A DNA stretch of 64,000 nucleotides from a virus (IMGVR_UViG_3300029908_000016:1-64000), one strand, 5' to 3'; positions 18,951-29,458 are shown, counted from the stretch's first letter. The notes: a model not told the origin generated them from the sequence alone. Program-made: numbers and translations.

Positions 18951-18980
18951 TAAAAAAGGGAAGTAACTAACCTTTTTTTA
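18951..18980. terminator. bidirectional terminator between convergent genes
   Basis: TAAAAAAGG-GAAGTAACTAA-CCTTTTTTTA. Confidence 0.6.
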
Positions 18981-19219
18981 TATGTTAATATCATTGTTCT
19001 CAAAGTCACCATGATAAGCTGTGGCTACTTCAAATTCTTGTTTTATGATGTCTGTCAGTTCTTCGTATTTTTCCATACTTAGATAAAATGACTTACCACG
19101 AGGTACAATGAATCCTTCATTCAAAGCTTCAAAGAAACGATCTTCAATTGTTCGATTATTCGCGTAATATCGATCCAAAAATAACTTTAATTTATCTGAT
19201 AAGGATATCGTTATATTAA

Positions 19220-20386
19220 TCATGGTTTATAGCCAAAACCAATTGGATTTAGATTTTTGGTATTGAAGCTTTCTTTCACTTGATTAACAGCTTCTGCGAA
19301 ATTGTCATTTAACGACTTTTTATTGACTAAAGATAGTATCTCACATGTTCGTTTGATTTCTTTGATATGTGAGCCTGTAAATCGAGAATGGTAGCATAAA
19401 GCCTTTAATTCGTTGTTTAATGATTTTTTAAAAAAGAAATCTAATATTGCATCGATTTCAGTAGGAGCCGGATAATCAAATAAAAACTTACGATTAAATC
19501 TCATTGGTCGGGATTTGATAGCATCGTCAAGATTCTTTAAAAAATTGGTTGTAGCTATGAATATAATTTTATTTTCATCATCAGACAATCCACTTATTAA
19601 TTGTAGGAAGTTACTTAATTCAGGATTGTCTTTGTCTTCTCGACTGCCTGCATAGCTATCGATATCTTCAAAAACAACCAAACAAGGTGATAAGTATTTC
19701 CTTAAAAATAATCCAAATTGTGTAAAATCAATTAATGAAGACACATAACAAGAGCTATATCCTTTCGTAATTGCTTCATAAATTAAACTCTTACAAGTTA
19801 GGCTCTTACCACTACCAGGTATACCATGAAATATCAGCCCGTTATTCAAATCCAGATTTTCCATCTGGAATATGGTATTTTCCCATATTTGATTTTTAAT
19901 TGCGGGGTCAATAATCAATGTTTCCCATTTGACAGGTGTAATTGGATGATAAGCAATAGTGATATCCCCACCTTTTGCGTAAACTTGTAAATTTTTTCTT
20001 TTTAAAGGATTATTGAACTTTATGTAATTTTCAAAATAATCCTTCATTTTACTTACATCTTTTTTGGTAGATAGTGTAATGGTACTTACCTTATGATCAA
20101 AAACTAAGGTATAATTTTTTGATTTTTGATGAAACACAATCATTCCACTAATGATGATTGTTGCATTTTTATCTACATCGATTTCAAAATCAGCGGAATT
20201 GTCATCATCGTATACAAAGTAATGTTTGTCGATTTCTTTAATGGCTTGTTGAATACAATAACAATTCATTCGATATTCAAAACCAAAATCATCAAAACTC
20301 CAGGTAAAATCATTTTCTCCTGTGGGTGAGTTATAATTGTCCACGTTCTCTACTTCAACAAGGAGTTCTTCAAAGCCCATACTCAA
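19220..20386 (-). CDS. AAA+ ATPase
   Basis: Walker A GIPGSGKS, Walker B VFEDID, ATTN and RPMRFNR. Confidence 0.9.
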   Translation of the reverse strand: MSMGFEELLVEVENVDNYNSPTGENDFTWSFDDFGFEYRMNCYCIQQAIKEIDKHYFVYDDDNSADFEIDVDKNATIIISGMIVFHQKSKNYTLVFDHKVSTITLSTKKDVSKMKDYFENYIKFNNPLKRKNLQVYAKGGDITIAYHPITPVKWETLIIDPAIKNQIWENTIFQMENLDLNNGLIFHGIPGSGKSLTCKSLIYEAITKGYSSCYVSSLIDFTQFGLFLRKYLSPCLVVFEDIDSYAGSREDKDNPELSNFLQLISGLSDDENKIIFIATTNFLKNLDDAIKSRPMRFNRKFLFDYPAPTEIDAILDFFFKKSLNNELKALCYHSRFTGSHIKEIKRTCEILSLVNKKSLNDNFAEAVNQVKESFNTKNLNPIGFGYKP

Positions 20387-20427
20387 AGTTAAGCTGATTG
20401 ATCATTAATGTCAAAAATGATTATTCA

Positions 20428-20463
20428 CCCCCCTCTGAAAAAAGATATAAATATTGGTATAAT
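20428..20463 (+). promoter_or_regulatory. island-start promoter motif, copy 3
   Basis: CCCCCCTCTG ... TTGGTATAAT, TATAAT at 20458-20463. Confidence 0.85.
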
Positions 20464-20525
20464 ACTAAGTAGTAGAATTTACTAATCAGTAAATTCATTT
20501 TTAAATAATAAATAAATCAGTAGTC

Positions 20526-21473
20526 ATGAATAATGTAACCACAAAACAAAAACGTTGGAAAAGCGGTACAAAAGAAATTCTATTAAAGGAGATTATTCGC
20601 CTTTATAAAGATAACGCTTTTGGTCTGTCTGCTGATCATGGACTGATTGTGCGGAAAGCAATGGAGATACTCTCTCCAGAAGAGCGCAGAGATCCTGAAT
20701 ATGTGTCTCGTAGAAGTAATTTCTGCAAATCGTATATTCGTAGTTTATATACTTTGGAATTGCAGAAAGATAATCTGGAATTAGTAAAAAAGAATTATCA
20801 ATCTGAACCTATGTGTGGGATTCCCTCGCATACACCCACACAAAAGATAGATGAAATTGATAATGATCTGGTTCTTGGTTTATTGAAAGATGGTATTGAT
20901 AGTCGTTTAAATAAATTATTTGAGTCTATCACACCGAAAATTGAAAGTTCGGTTGATAACTTTATTACCAATAGTCTGACTAACTTTGAGAATCGTTTAC
21001 AGCTTATTCTTACCAATGTTGCGGATTTATCATCTTTGGTAAATGTCAGTCTTAAGCCAAATATCATTAAGCTTAGCGAAAAGCCTTCAGTCATCAACAC
21101 AACGACTGAAGATGATTATGATAACGCAATTGAAGAACCCTCCGTATTTGTTAATAAAATCAAAATTGGTGTGTTTGGTGTAAGGAAAGAACAGCATTCT
21201 GAAATTGAAAAACGAATGCTCATTCACAAACATATCAAAATATTGTTTTATAACGAAGACATTGGGCATAAACCTGTTGCACCATCTGCGTATCTTCGTA
21301 AAATATTTATTTACTTGGCTAACGGAAATGGTCATAACGAACGACAGACCATTCTTAGTAATGGATATACAGGTAAAGATATTGTATTAATCAATAAAGG
21401 AGGATTATGCAAGATTATCGATGCACTGGAAGAGTATGCTCAAGAAACATATCGGGAACTACAAACAGCATAA
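20526..21473 (+). CDS. hypothetical protein, 315 aa
   Basis: First long ORF after promoter copy 3. Confidence 0.75.
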   Translation: MNNVTTKQKRWKSGTKEILLKEIIRLYKDNAFGLSADHGLIVRKAMEILSPEERRDPEYVSRRSNFCKSYIRSLYTLELQKDNLELVKKNYQSEPMCGIPSHTPTQKIDEIDNDLVLGLLKDGIDSRLNKLFESITPKIESSVDNFITNSLTNFENRLQLILTNVADLSSLVNVSLKPNIIKLSEKPSVINTTTEDDYDNAIEEPSVFVNKIKIGVFGVRKEQHSEIEKRMLIHKHIKILFYNEDIGHKPVAPSAYLRKIFIYLANGNGHNERQTILSNGYTGKDIVLINKGGLCKIIDALEEYAQETYRELQTA

Positions 21474-21937
21474 GGAACATGAATGATTTATTTGATCATC
21501 TTTACATTAACAGTCATTGTACTGACCAACACTAACATGACTCCAAAATCATAAATTTTAACATGATAAAATTAACATTAACCGATAATTCTACGGTAGT
21601 TATAGCAACATCTTATATTATCAGTCTTCGAAGTTTAAAATCTGTGTCAACAAGCTATACTCAAGGTGGGCGTACTATAATAAATTGTATGGAAGATAAC
21701 CAATATATTGTAAAAGAAAGTGTTACTGCGATATGGGAAACCCTCGGTAACTGATATTAATTATATGTACAATGAAGATATAGTTAAAGAGTTATTGGAA
21801 ATCATAGAGCTACGTACAAAAGGATTAACCGCTGAGAATATGATACACAGCTATTATTACTTAATCGATGAATTGACGAATAAAATTGAGTTGCTGGAGC
21901 ACCATATTGAAAACACTAGAAACGGATTTTAATAAAC

Positions 21938-22312
21938 ATGTATAAAGAATCATTTGATAATAAACAAGATAGGGAAACAACTGAAAAAACAACAGAACTA
22001 AACAAAAGTATGTCTAATTCTGCTGCACATAAATCTGTTAACTCTCCGCCCTTTCCAAGATTACCTGTACGAGAATATAAAGATGATAATGGCAAAACAT
22101 TGTTTATCTATGTATTCAATGAGGACATTGTAAAGTTTCATGGTGAGGAATGGGCAAAGAAATATTTTGATGTAGCGGGTGTCAATACCTGTCCGGTAAT
22201 TGATAAGAATATTCCTGAAGGATATACCGCGAATAGTTTTGCAATGTATTACTGGGATTACTCAAGATTTGCAGATGTTGTAGATAAAGGTATAACCACT
22301 TACTGGGACTAA
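21938..22312 (+). CDS. hypothetical protein
   Basis: ORF track. Confidence 0.65.
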   Translation: MYKESFDNKQDRETTEKTTELNKSMSNSAAHKSVNSPPFPRLPVREYKDDNGKTLFIYVFNEDIVKFHGEEWAKKYFDVAGVNTCPVIDKNIPEGYTANSFAMYYWDYSRFADVVDKGITTYWD

Positions 22313-22315
22313 ATT

Positions 22316-22750
22316 ATGAAAATTAAAACAATTAGAAAATCGATATTTGAAACTAATAGTAGTTCTACTCATTCAATTTCCGTAGCAGATTTAACACCTG
22401 AAGACATTAATAGAAAGAGTTATGGTTTTAGGAAAGGAACAACATTAAAAATTCATGGAGGTCAGTTTGGTTGGGAGATTGAAGAATATCGTGATTGGGA
22501 AACCAAAGCTTCGTATTGTGCGGTTGATAACTGGTGTGATCAAAAACGAATTGCGTTATTGACCGAAGTATTAAAAGAAGTTACTGGTGCTTCAGATGTA
22601 GAATATTTGATTACCACAGAGTTAGAAGTTTCATATATTGATCATCAAAGCAGTGGAGTATCTTCCATACTCTTCGAAAACAAAGAAACATTAAAAAAGT
22701 TTATTTTTGGGAGTAATTCCGTATTATACACTGATAATGACAATCATTAA
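22316..22750 (+). CDS. FETNSSS-motif protein (putative radical SAM partner)
   Basis: IRKSIFETNSSSTHS N-terminus, GQFGWE and YIDHQS motifs. Confidence 0.7.
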   Translation: MKIKTIRKSIFETNSSSTHSISVADLTPEDINRKSYGFRKGTTLKIHGGQFGWEIEEYRDWETKASYCAVDNWCDQKRIALLTEVLKEVTGASDVEYLITTELEVSYIDHQSSGVSSILFENKETLKKFIFGSNSVLYTDNDNH

Positions 22751-22984
22751 GATTAAGGAAGCTTCTGGAAACAAAACCAATATGACAACCTGCAAGGGCA
22801 CGCTAATCATACCCATGAAATCTTTAGGTCACATTTTATGTGACGAACTCTACCATGATAACCCCGATTACACACCCGATTTTTATTCTAAGCTCGACTC
22901 GGAAGCTAGATCGGAATTGGATCGCATCGCCAATGGCATCGGAACCGAAGCCATTCAGCGGAGCAATGCCGAAGGGAGGACACT

Positions 22985-23503
22985 ATGAGCTGGAGCAACG
23001 AACTTCACAAGTTAGATACTGATTCTCAGGTATTTTTTTATGAACAGGACTTCTACTGTTTATCAAACTTTTCGTCATTCTCCCTTCTTTGGGAAGGATT
23101 AAGATTTGATACCTCAGAAGCTGCTTACCACTGGGAAAAATTCAGACACCATGATCCCGTCGTAGCAGCTCAAATTCATCAAGCTATTTCCGCTCATGAT
23201 GCATTTAAAATTGCCCAAGCAAATAAGGCACGGCAATTGACCAACTGGGATGAACTCAAGTTGGTCGTCATGCGTCGAATACTACAAGCGAAAACAGATC
23301 AGCACGAATACGTTAGACGGAAGCTCTTTGCTACTGGGGAACGTGAATTGATCGAAGACTCGTGGCGCGATGCCTATTGGGGATGGGGGCCAAACCGAGA
23401 CGGGAAAAACCATCTAGGCAAGCTATGGATGGAGATTCGGTCAGAACTTTGTTTTAAAATTTATTTCTTACGTAACTTAGGAGTAACTACTTACAATCAT
23501 TAA
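22985..23503 (+). CDS. NADAR family N-glycosidase
   Basis: LSNFS, TSEAAY..EKF, K.DQH, ELIEDS..DAYWG.G..G.NHLG.LWMEIR motifs. Confidence 0.92.
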   Translation: MSWSNELHKLDTDSQVFFYEQDFYCLSNFSSFSLLWEGLRFDTSEAAYHWEKFRHHDPVVAAQIHQAISAHDAFKIAQANKARQLTNWDELKLVVMRRILQAKTDQHEYVRRKLFATGERELIEDSWRDAYWGWGPNRDGKNHLGKLWMEIRSELCFKIYFLRNLGVTTYNH

Positions 23504-23505
23504 TT

Positions 23506-24522
23506 ATGACGTACGTTAATGGAGATTATAAGATTGAAATTCAAGACGATGGTACGTTAATTAGAACAGTTGATTCCAATATCAAAAATCCAAAAGTTGA
23601 TTATCCATGTAGTATTGATGTAAAGATTACTAATCATTGCGATCAAGCGGATATCTGTACCTACTGCCATGAACGTAGCAATAAATCTGGTAAGCATGGT
23701 GATCTGGATTTAGGGTTGAAATTATTTGCTTCGTTACCTTCAGGTACAGAAATAGCTATTGGTGGAGGTAATCCACTGGATCATCCAAATCTTGTTAACT
23801 TCTTATGGCATTTAAAGAATAAAAAATTAATAAGTAATCTAACCATTAATTCCAGGCATTTAACTGCTTACTCACGATTCATCAATAAACTGTTGGACGA
23901 AAAATTAATTAAAGGATTAGGTGTAAGCTGGACAGCTAATACCAACGACGATCCACGTTATTGCATTTATAACCGTAAGAATATTGTTTATCATCTAATC
24001 ATCGGTGTTGATACTCCTTATGATTACGAATTATTAGTAAATGCTTCAAAATCAAGAGTAGGTAAGCCTGAGCAAATAAAGGTACTATTACTGGGGTTTA
24101 AAAACTTTGGTAATGGTGCTAAATATTTGAATCGATTAGGTAAGAAGGTTCAAAATAACATTGATTTATGGAAAAGTAGATTACCTAACTATCTGTTGAG
24201 GGAAGATGGAAATGTTATATCTTTTGATAATCTTGCAATCCTTCAACTTGAAATTCAAGAATTATTAAAGCCAGAAGTTTATAATAAATTCTACATGGGA
24301 GACGACGGTAAATTTTCCATGTACGTAGATTTGGTAAATAAGCAATATGCCAAAACATCAACAAGTGGTGAACGATTCGATATTGGTGAACTTGAGTTTA
24401 TTAACATTAAAAATTGGAAAAGAAGTATCTCAATGAATAACTTTAATAATTTTGACCTTCCTAAAAATGATAAAAATGAACCTCGTATGCATGAAATCTT
24501 TCAAAACATAAGGAGCTTATGA
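23506..24522 (+). CDS. radical SAM enzyme
   Basis: ITNHCDQADICTYCHE (Cx5Cx2C variant), EIAIGGGNPL and NLTIN motifs. Confidence 0.88.
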   Translation: MTYVNGDYKIEIQDDGTLIRTVDSNIKNPKVDYPCSIDVKITNHCDQADICTYCHERSNKSGKHGDLDLGLKLFASLPSGTEIAIGGGNPLDHPNLVNFLWHLKNKKLISNLTINSRHLTAYSRFINKLLDEKLIKGLGVSWTANTNDDPRYCIYNRKNIVYHLIIGVDTPYDYELLVNASKSRVGKPEQIKVLLLGFKNFGNGAKYLNRLGKKVQNNIDLWKSRLPNYLLREDGNVISFDNLAILQLEIQELLKPEVYNKFYMGDDGKFSMYVDLVNKQYAKTSTSGERFDIGELEFINIKNWKRSISMNNFNNFDLPKNDKNEPRMHEIFQNIRSL

Positions 24523-25087
24523 CCAGGTACTCTAACGATCCTGACGCTCCTGCTTTCCCAACAGACAGTGAACACCAATCGGGTAAAAATACATATCATA
24601 TGACAGGGATGACTATACGACAATATGCAGCTATTCATTTACGAGTAGCTGATAGTGGTGAAAAATGGTTGAATGATATGATTTGTAAAAGTTTAGAAAA
24701 CGAAAATACGCTTAAAGAACTAAATCAATCCCCCTAAATGAAATATAAAATACAGGTAGAAGGAATAATTCATTGGGAAGATTTGGTTGATTCTGAGAAT
24801 AAGGTTTTAGTGGTATACAATACTTATGATGAAGCTTTAGAGGACTATAACGATATTGTAAAGTTATTATTTAAGTCAGATGGTCGTTTTCGAATTGTTG
24901 CAATTGAGAATTAATAAATTATGCGTTCGCTGTTGTACTTTAGTGGATTATGTTTTCTGCTTTTTGTAATTATTCCTTATTATATTGTTATTGGAATATT
25001 CATCAAACAGCGTTCTTCAAGGATACATGAATGGAGTAACGACCAGTTGAATAGATTTTACTGGTTTTTCATTCGTGAATAAATTTT

Positions 25088-25201
25088 GGGCAGTCTACGA
25101 TGAACAACGGAAAGCCGTTCTTATCGAAAGACACAAGCTTTAAAAATGTGAAATAACAAAGCTATGTGTATCAAGGATCGTTTCGACAGTCGTAGGTACC
25201 A
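25088..25201 (+). ncRNA. candidate structured RNA, unassigned
   Basis: Nested pairings 25093-25101/25189-25197, 25124-25129/25181-25186 and 25131-25141/25158-25169, plus hairpin 25106-25119; intergenic; strand uncertain. Confidence 0.4.
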
Positions 25202-25261
25202 ACTCAAAAATACAATTATTAAAATAAAATAATTATTTATGCGTATCGGTGAATACGCAGG

Positions 25262-25301
25262 AACAGGGAGGTTAAATCCTCCCTGTTTTTTAGCTATTGG
25301 A
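25262..25301 (+). terminator. island-end motif, copy 2
   Basis: AACAGGGAGG-TTAAAT-CCTCCCTGTT-TTTTAGCTATTGGA. Confidence 0.85.
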
Positions 25302-26253
25302 AAGCATGATAATCAACCGTCAATAAATCTTGGAGCTTATTACCACCAGCATACGATATGCTGCTCTGTAAATGCTCTTCAAAGTATTTCATTTTCTCAA
25401 GGTAGGTAGAGTTATTCAAAGGTACCATTGTCGATTTACCTTCAATATGGGTTAATGATTTTTTTCCATTTGAAGAAGCAGAACCATAATAATGTTTACT
25501 ATCTCCAGTATAGCTGTCCAACCTAGCAGGTGAATCATTACAAGCAGCAAACAAACTACCTATCATAATCATTGTATAACCAGCTACCAGCCCTTTTGTA
25601 ATATCACCTGGACATTGTACTCCCCCATCACCAATTAATGGTACTACGGAAGCATTGGAAGCTTCTACCCCTGCACTAAACATTGGGCTAGTAAATCCTG
25701 TGCAATCATAAGTTGTACAAGCCAACCCCATACCTATTCCAACTTTGATGGCATGAACACCCCAGTACTGTAAATTGATAATTGAGTCATAATCACCTGC
25801 TACATTACCAGCAATAATCTTAACTTCAGGTAAATTATGTCGAATGAACTCAATCATTTCATTCATTAAACGACAATAACCATGAGCAATATCAATAGTA
25901 ATGATTAGAGAATGTTGATTATAAGGTGTTAAAATATTCCTTAATTTGGTAAGAAAATCTCGATCTTTATCATTTACACCAACGGATAAGGAAAATATAA
26001 ACTTTGAATATTTATTAGCCATTTGGTTTACCCATTGAAGAATATCATGTGGTTCGTAAAAACGATGGAGTATGTAGAAATATCCATTATTATACAATTC
26101 TTCAGCCAAACGAAAGTCTATAACACATTCCATATTTGCAGGAATGATAGGAGCTTTAAAGGTATGCCCTAAAAATGAGACAGAAGTATCAGCCAATGAT
26201 CTACTCGATAATTGGCTATATTTTGGAGTTAGGTAAATATCACTATATTTCAT
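25294..26253 (-). CDS. guaC: GMP reductase
   Basis: PIIPANM, IDIAHG, IAGNV, KVGIG.G.ACTT, IGDGG, YYGSAS and SSISYAG motifs. Confidence 0.9.
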   Translation of the reverse strand: MKYSDIYLTPKYSQLSSRSLADTSVSFLGHTFKAPIIPANMECVIDFRLAEELYNNGYFYILHRFYEPHDILQWVNQMANKYSKFIFSLSVGVNDKDRDFLTKLRNILTPYNQHSLIITIDIAHGYCRLMNEMIEFIRHNLPEVKIIAGNVAGDYDSIINLQYWGVHAIKVGIGMGLACTTYDCTGFTSPMFSAGVEASNASVVPLIGDGGVQCPGDITKGLVAGYTMIMIGSLFAACNDSPARLDSYTGDSKHYYGSASSNGKKSLTHIEGKSTMVPLNNSTYLEKMKYFEEHLQSSISYAGGNKLQDLLTVDYHAFQ

Positions 26254-26266
26254 TTTATGATATTTA

Positions 26267-26860
26267 TTAATTATTGTCTTTTACATGGTGGCAAACACCG
26301 TGTTCATCTGGAGCTTTCCATTTACGTGATTTATTCTTCTCCAGCTTTGATTTACAAGAGGCTAATATGCTTTCAGGTGTTAATCCCATTTTATTGGCAT
26401 AATGTAATAGCAACATGAAACAATCAGCATATTCTTCTGCATCGTTATCGGAATTTTCAAGTTCTATCAATTCTCTACGTAAATGAGTGAGTATGGAATG
26501 TTTATTAGCTTTAGTGAATGTAGCATTAGCCCATTCCATTTGCTCGTTAAAGTAGTTTTCAAATTTCGTAAGTGACTTATTTTCTATTTCTTCCGCAATT
26601 TTAAAACAAAGATTAACGGCCACCTTAGATGCTTGCTCAGCGTTAAATACTTTGTTTCCTGTCCCCTCATGCCAACACATAGAAGCTGAGCCTATAGACT
26701 CAAAAACGGTGTGGTATAAATCACTTGAAATACGATAATTAAGAGGTCTTTCCTTGATTGGAAGATTCATCGCTTCTTCCTTAGATAGTATTGTTTCAGT
26801 AAAGAAGCCCGATCCATCTGGTAAAACATGAATATTGTTGTTACAGGTTGTTGAATTCAT
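26267..26860 (-). CDS. protein with C-terminal DUF550-like dNTP pyrophosphohydrolase domain
   Basis: HLRRELIE...EEYADC..LL...KLEKNKSRKW. Confidence 0.7.
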   Translation of the reverse strand: MNSTTCNNNIHVLPDGSGFFTETILSKEEAMNLPIKERPLNYRISSDLYHTVFESIGSASMCWHEGTGNKVFNAEQASKVAVNLCFKIAEEIENKSLTKFENYFNEQMEWANATFTKANKHSILTHLRRELIELENSDNDAEEYADCFMLLLHYANKMGLTPESILASCKSKLEKNKSRKWKAPDEHGVCHHVKDNN

Positions 26861-26869
26861 ATAATTTTG

Positions 26870-27148
26870 TTATAATTTATAATTGTGTAGGTCTTCGGGG
26901 CTTCTTTCAATAGCTCCATGCCGTTCCATAGCCGCTACACCTAAAGCAGTAATCTTTGTAATCATTTCCCTAGTGGTATAATGTGAATTACTTTTCAATA
27001 ATGATTGTTTAGCTTTCAAAAGATACAATTCCATATAAACCAAAAAATCACCAATTGATGTATTCTCGTCATCTCCATGTTGGGCTATCTGGTATTCTCT
27101 TTCCTTACGAAGAACAGCAAATACTTTTTCAATATCCGATCTATTCAT
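26870..27148 (-). CDS. small all-alpha protein, possibly MazG-like
   Basis: EREYQ...KITALGVAAME pattern. Confidence 0.45.
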   Translation of the reverse strand: MNRSDIEKVFAVLRKEREYQIAQHGDDENTSIGDFLVYMELYLLKAKQSLLKSNSHYTTREMITKITALGVAAMERHGAIERSPEDLHNYKL

Positions 27149-27452
27149 TGTCTACCTTCTTGTTCTTATATTCTTTGATAAGTTCTTTTAGATACCATTC
27201 TGCCTTTTCTAAATCTTGTAACCCGTTTTTTGATTTGTATCTCCAAAGATACTTTCGAACATTATTAATCAAAAAGCCTTCAAACTCTTCAGGTGTCGAT
27301 AAGTCTCTCAATACGTCAATGCATTCATATTTAGAAGAATTATAATGGGAAGGATGATTAACGGCATCTGATTTTGTGAGGAGTTTAGGTGATTCGTTAG
27401 TATGTTCGTTGATATTCATGCCACTTACCTTTTTATAATATTTATTATTCAT
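27141..27452 (-). CDS. DUF3310 (T7 gp1.7-like nucleotide kinase family)
   Basis: DAVNHPSHY, ECID, KYLWR...KNG.QDLEKA.WYL. Confidence 0.9.
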   Translation of the reverse strand: MNNKYYKKVSGMNINEHTNESPKLLTKSDAVNHPSHYNSSKYECIDVLRDLSTPEEFEGFLINNVRKYLWRYKSKNGLQDLEKAEWYLKELIKEYKNKKVDNE

Positions 27453-27934
27453 AAAAATTTTGGTTTATTTATTTCTAGCAACTGTGGTTGTAATTTTTGG
27501 TTAAAGGTTAAAATTCGGTGCCAGATGATTCCGGTGAATAATACTTTTATTCTTTCTAACCAAGACAGCTTCCAGCAAGCAATCAACTCACCATCAATAT
27601 TTCTAAAACAAGGAAATGGTAAATAAGGCTGTTGATTTTTAGCAATCACAGTATTCATTTCTTTAAATTCAATAATTTTCATAATTCTTTATTCTCATCA
27701 TCATTGTTATTCAATTCAAGCATATTTGAGCATTCTTCAAATTCACAGTAATCTAATCCTAATTGATAGGTTAAGGGTAACAAGTTCAGACATATTAGCG
27801 AAATGATAAATCCCAACACATTACTATAGGCAAGAAGAGATATAACAAACAGCCCTACAGAAAAGATGAAATAAGTCATCCACAGCAAATATAACAATCT
27901 GAACAATAATTTTTTCACATAACCTTTGATTGAA

Positions 27935-28837
27935 CTACAAAGTAATCCAATCAGGTTTCTTTGCAAGTACTTCTTTCAAATTTATGGTAGTAATATTTTC
28001 CTGAGGATGATCTTTACGTAATTGCCTCCAACTAGAATGGAAATTGGATTCCACGATTTTCGGATTATCATAATCGTAAATATTGAATGCTTGAGCTACA
28101 TGTTCTAAAGCTGAAGCATGTAAAGGTGTTTGACCAACCAAACGATTATATAGTTCTAAGTCTTTATCCACATTTCTTTTACCGTCATGCGTAAGGTAAG
28201 ATACTCTAGCACATCTAGCAGCACTGATTTTTGATAAATTTGAAAAATCAGGATTATCCTTAGTATTCAATACGTCTGATAATTCGTCATTTTGTATATA
28301 CGGTAAATGCCATTCTTTCCATTTTAATTGTTTAGGGATTGAATTCAAATAAGAATTTAACATTCGATAAGCTAGTACCTGAAATTCAGGTTGAGCCATT
28401 GGATGCGCCCGCAAGGAGAAGAAGTTGTTAAAGTATGTACCTGTGCAAACAACTGTGATATGTGACCATGGTTCAAGTACACGATTGGCGATTTGTTTAT
28501 GGACATCGAGTTTATTTAAAGTCCAGGCAATAGCCACTCCAAACCACCTTGATTCTTTCCAAACGAATTGAGCTATTTTTTTAGCTAATCCCGTTAATTC
28601 TGAATTAGCCTGCATACCCTTCTCATTAGCCCCCCAGAATTCTGGAACAGCTGGTTCATTGATTACAGCTTTAATCATCTTATGAATTGGTATTGCTCTA
28701 CTGCTAGCAGCATTACGTGACAATGCTCGATGGGTCATTATTTCACTATGAATATAACGAGGGTAGGTAATTTCAAAAGTAGTTAACCTTACACCAATTG
28801 GATTAATTGAATCACAGATTATTTTTGCTTTGATCAT
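27935..28837 (-). CDS. thyX: FAD-dependent thymidylate synthase
   Basis: THRALSRNAASSRA, NFFSLR and ARCARVSY motifs. Confidence 0.88.
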   Translation of the reverse strand: MIKAKIICDSINPIGVRLTTFEITYPRYIHSEIMTHRALSRNAASSRAIPIHKMIKAVINEPAVPEFWGANEKGMQANSELTGLAKKIAQFVWKESRWFGVAIAWTLNKLDVHKQIANRVLEPWSHITVVCTGTYFNNFFSLRAHPMAQPEFQVLAYRMLNSYLNSIPKQLKWKEWHLPYIQNDELSDVLNTKDNPDFSNLSKISAARCARVSYLTHDGKRNVDKDLELYNRLVGQTPLHASALEHVAQAFNIYDYDNPKIVESNFHSSWRQLRKDHPQENITTINLKEVLAKKPDWITL

Positions 28838-28840
28838 ATT

Positions 28841-29053
28841 TTATAGTTTTATGGAAGGAGTTAAATAGGCTATCTCTTCTTTTGTACTTGTAAGTCTAAT
28901 GCGGTTGTAGTATCTGGTTATTAATTCGGTTTCTGCCTTGAACCAATCATTCCAGTCGTCACCATCTGGTTTATTGCGTTCTTCCCATAGCTTATGAGCG
29001 TAATGTTTAATATCGTGATGCTTTGGATAATGATTGTTTAGTATTTTTAGCAT
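28841..29053 (-). CDS. DUF2934-like protein
   Basis: AHKLWEER.KP.G....DWFKAE. Confidence 0.7.
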   Translation of the reverse strand: MLKILNNHYPKHHDIKHYAHKLWEERNKPDGDDWNDWFKAETELITRYYNRIRLTSTKEEIAYLTPSIKL

Positions 29054-29149
29054 AAATTGTATGTCTGTATAAAAAGATATATTTGATCATTTGAATAAAA
29101 TAATAGTATAGTTCAACTATAAAAAATTTTATCAGCTTAATATTTCTAT

Positions 29150-29458
29150 TCATATATCCCCGTTTTCCATCATTTTATTTGTTTCGTAAATATTTACTTT
29201 ACGGCGAATGAATTCCTGTTTTACGCATTCCAATACACCTACCAATGTATTTGCTTTAGTGTAAGATTGATTGTTATCAAAGATTGTCCAAATGATTTTT
29301 GAAATGAAATAATTAAGTTCTCCAGGTGTAAAGTCCATTCCATCATTTAATCCCGCAATAATAGGGTCTAGAATTGGGCTTAATTTGTCTCGTTCTTCTT
29401 TTTTAATGTAAGGCATAAGTAATGTGTATGTGAGTTGATAACCAGATGATAATATCAA
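29150..29458 (-). CDS. conserved phage protein (MPYI...GELNY...EF.RR family)
   Basis: Motif recognition; true start probably at MPYIKK. Confidence 0.65.
   Translation of the reverse strand: MILSSGYQLTYTLLMPYIKKEERDKLSPILDPIIAGLNDGMDFTPGELNYFISKIIWTIFDNNQSYTKANTLVGVLECVKQEFIRRKVNIYETNKMMENGDI

Noticed and set aside
20476-20497. Operator palindrome GAATTTACT-AATC-AGTAAATTC with a partial match near 30147
   Set aside because: Only one full copy and very AT-rich, so too weak to call
25093-25130. Hammerhead ribozyme
   Set aside because: Core reads ACGATGA rather than CTGANGA and the stem arrangement does not fit
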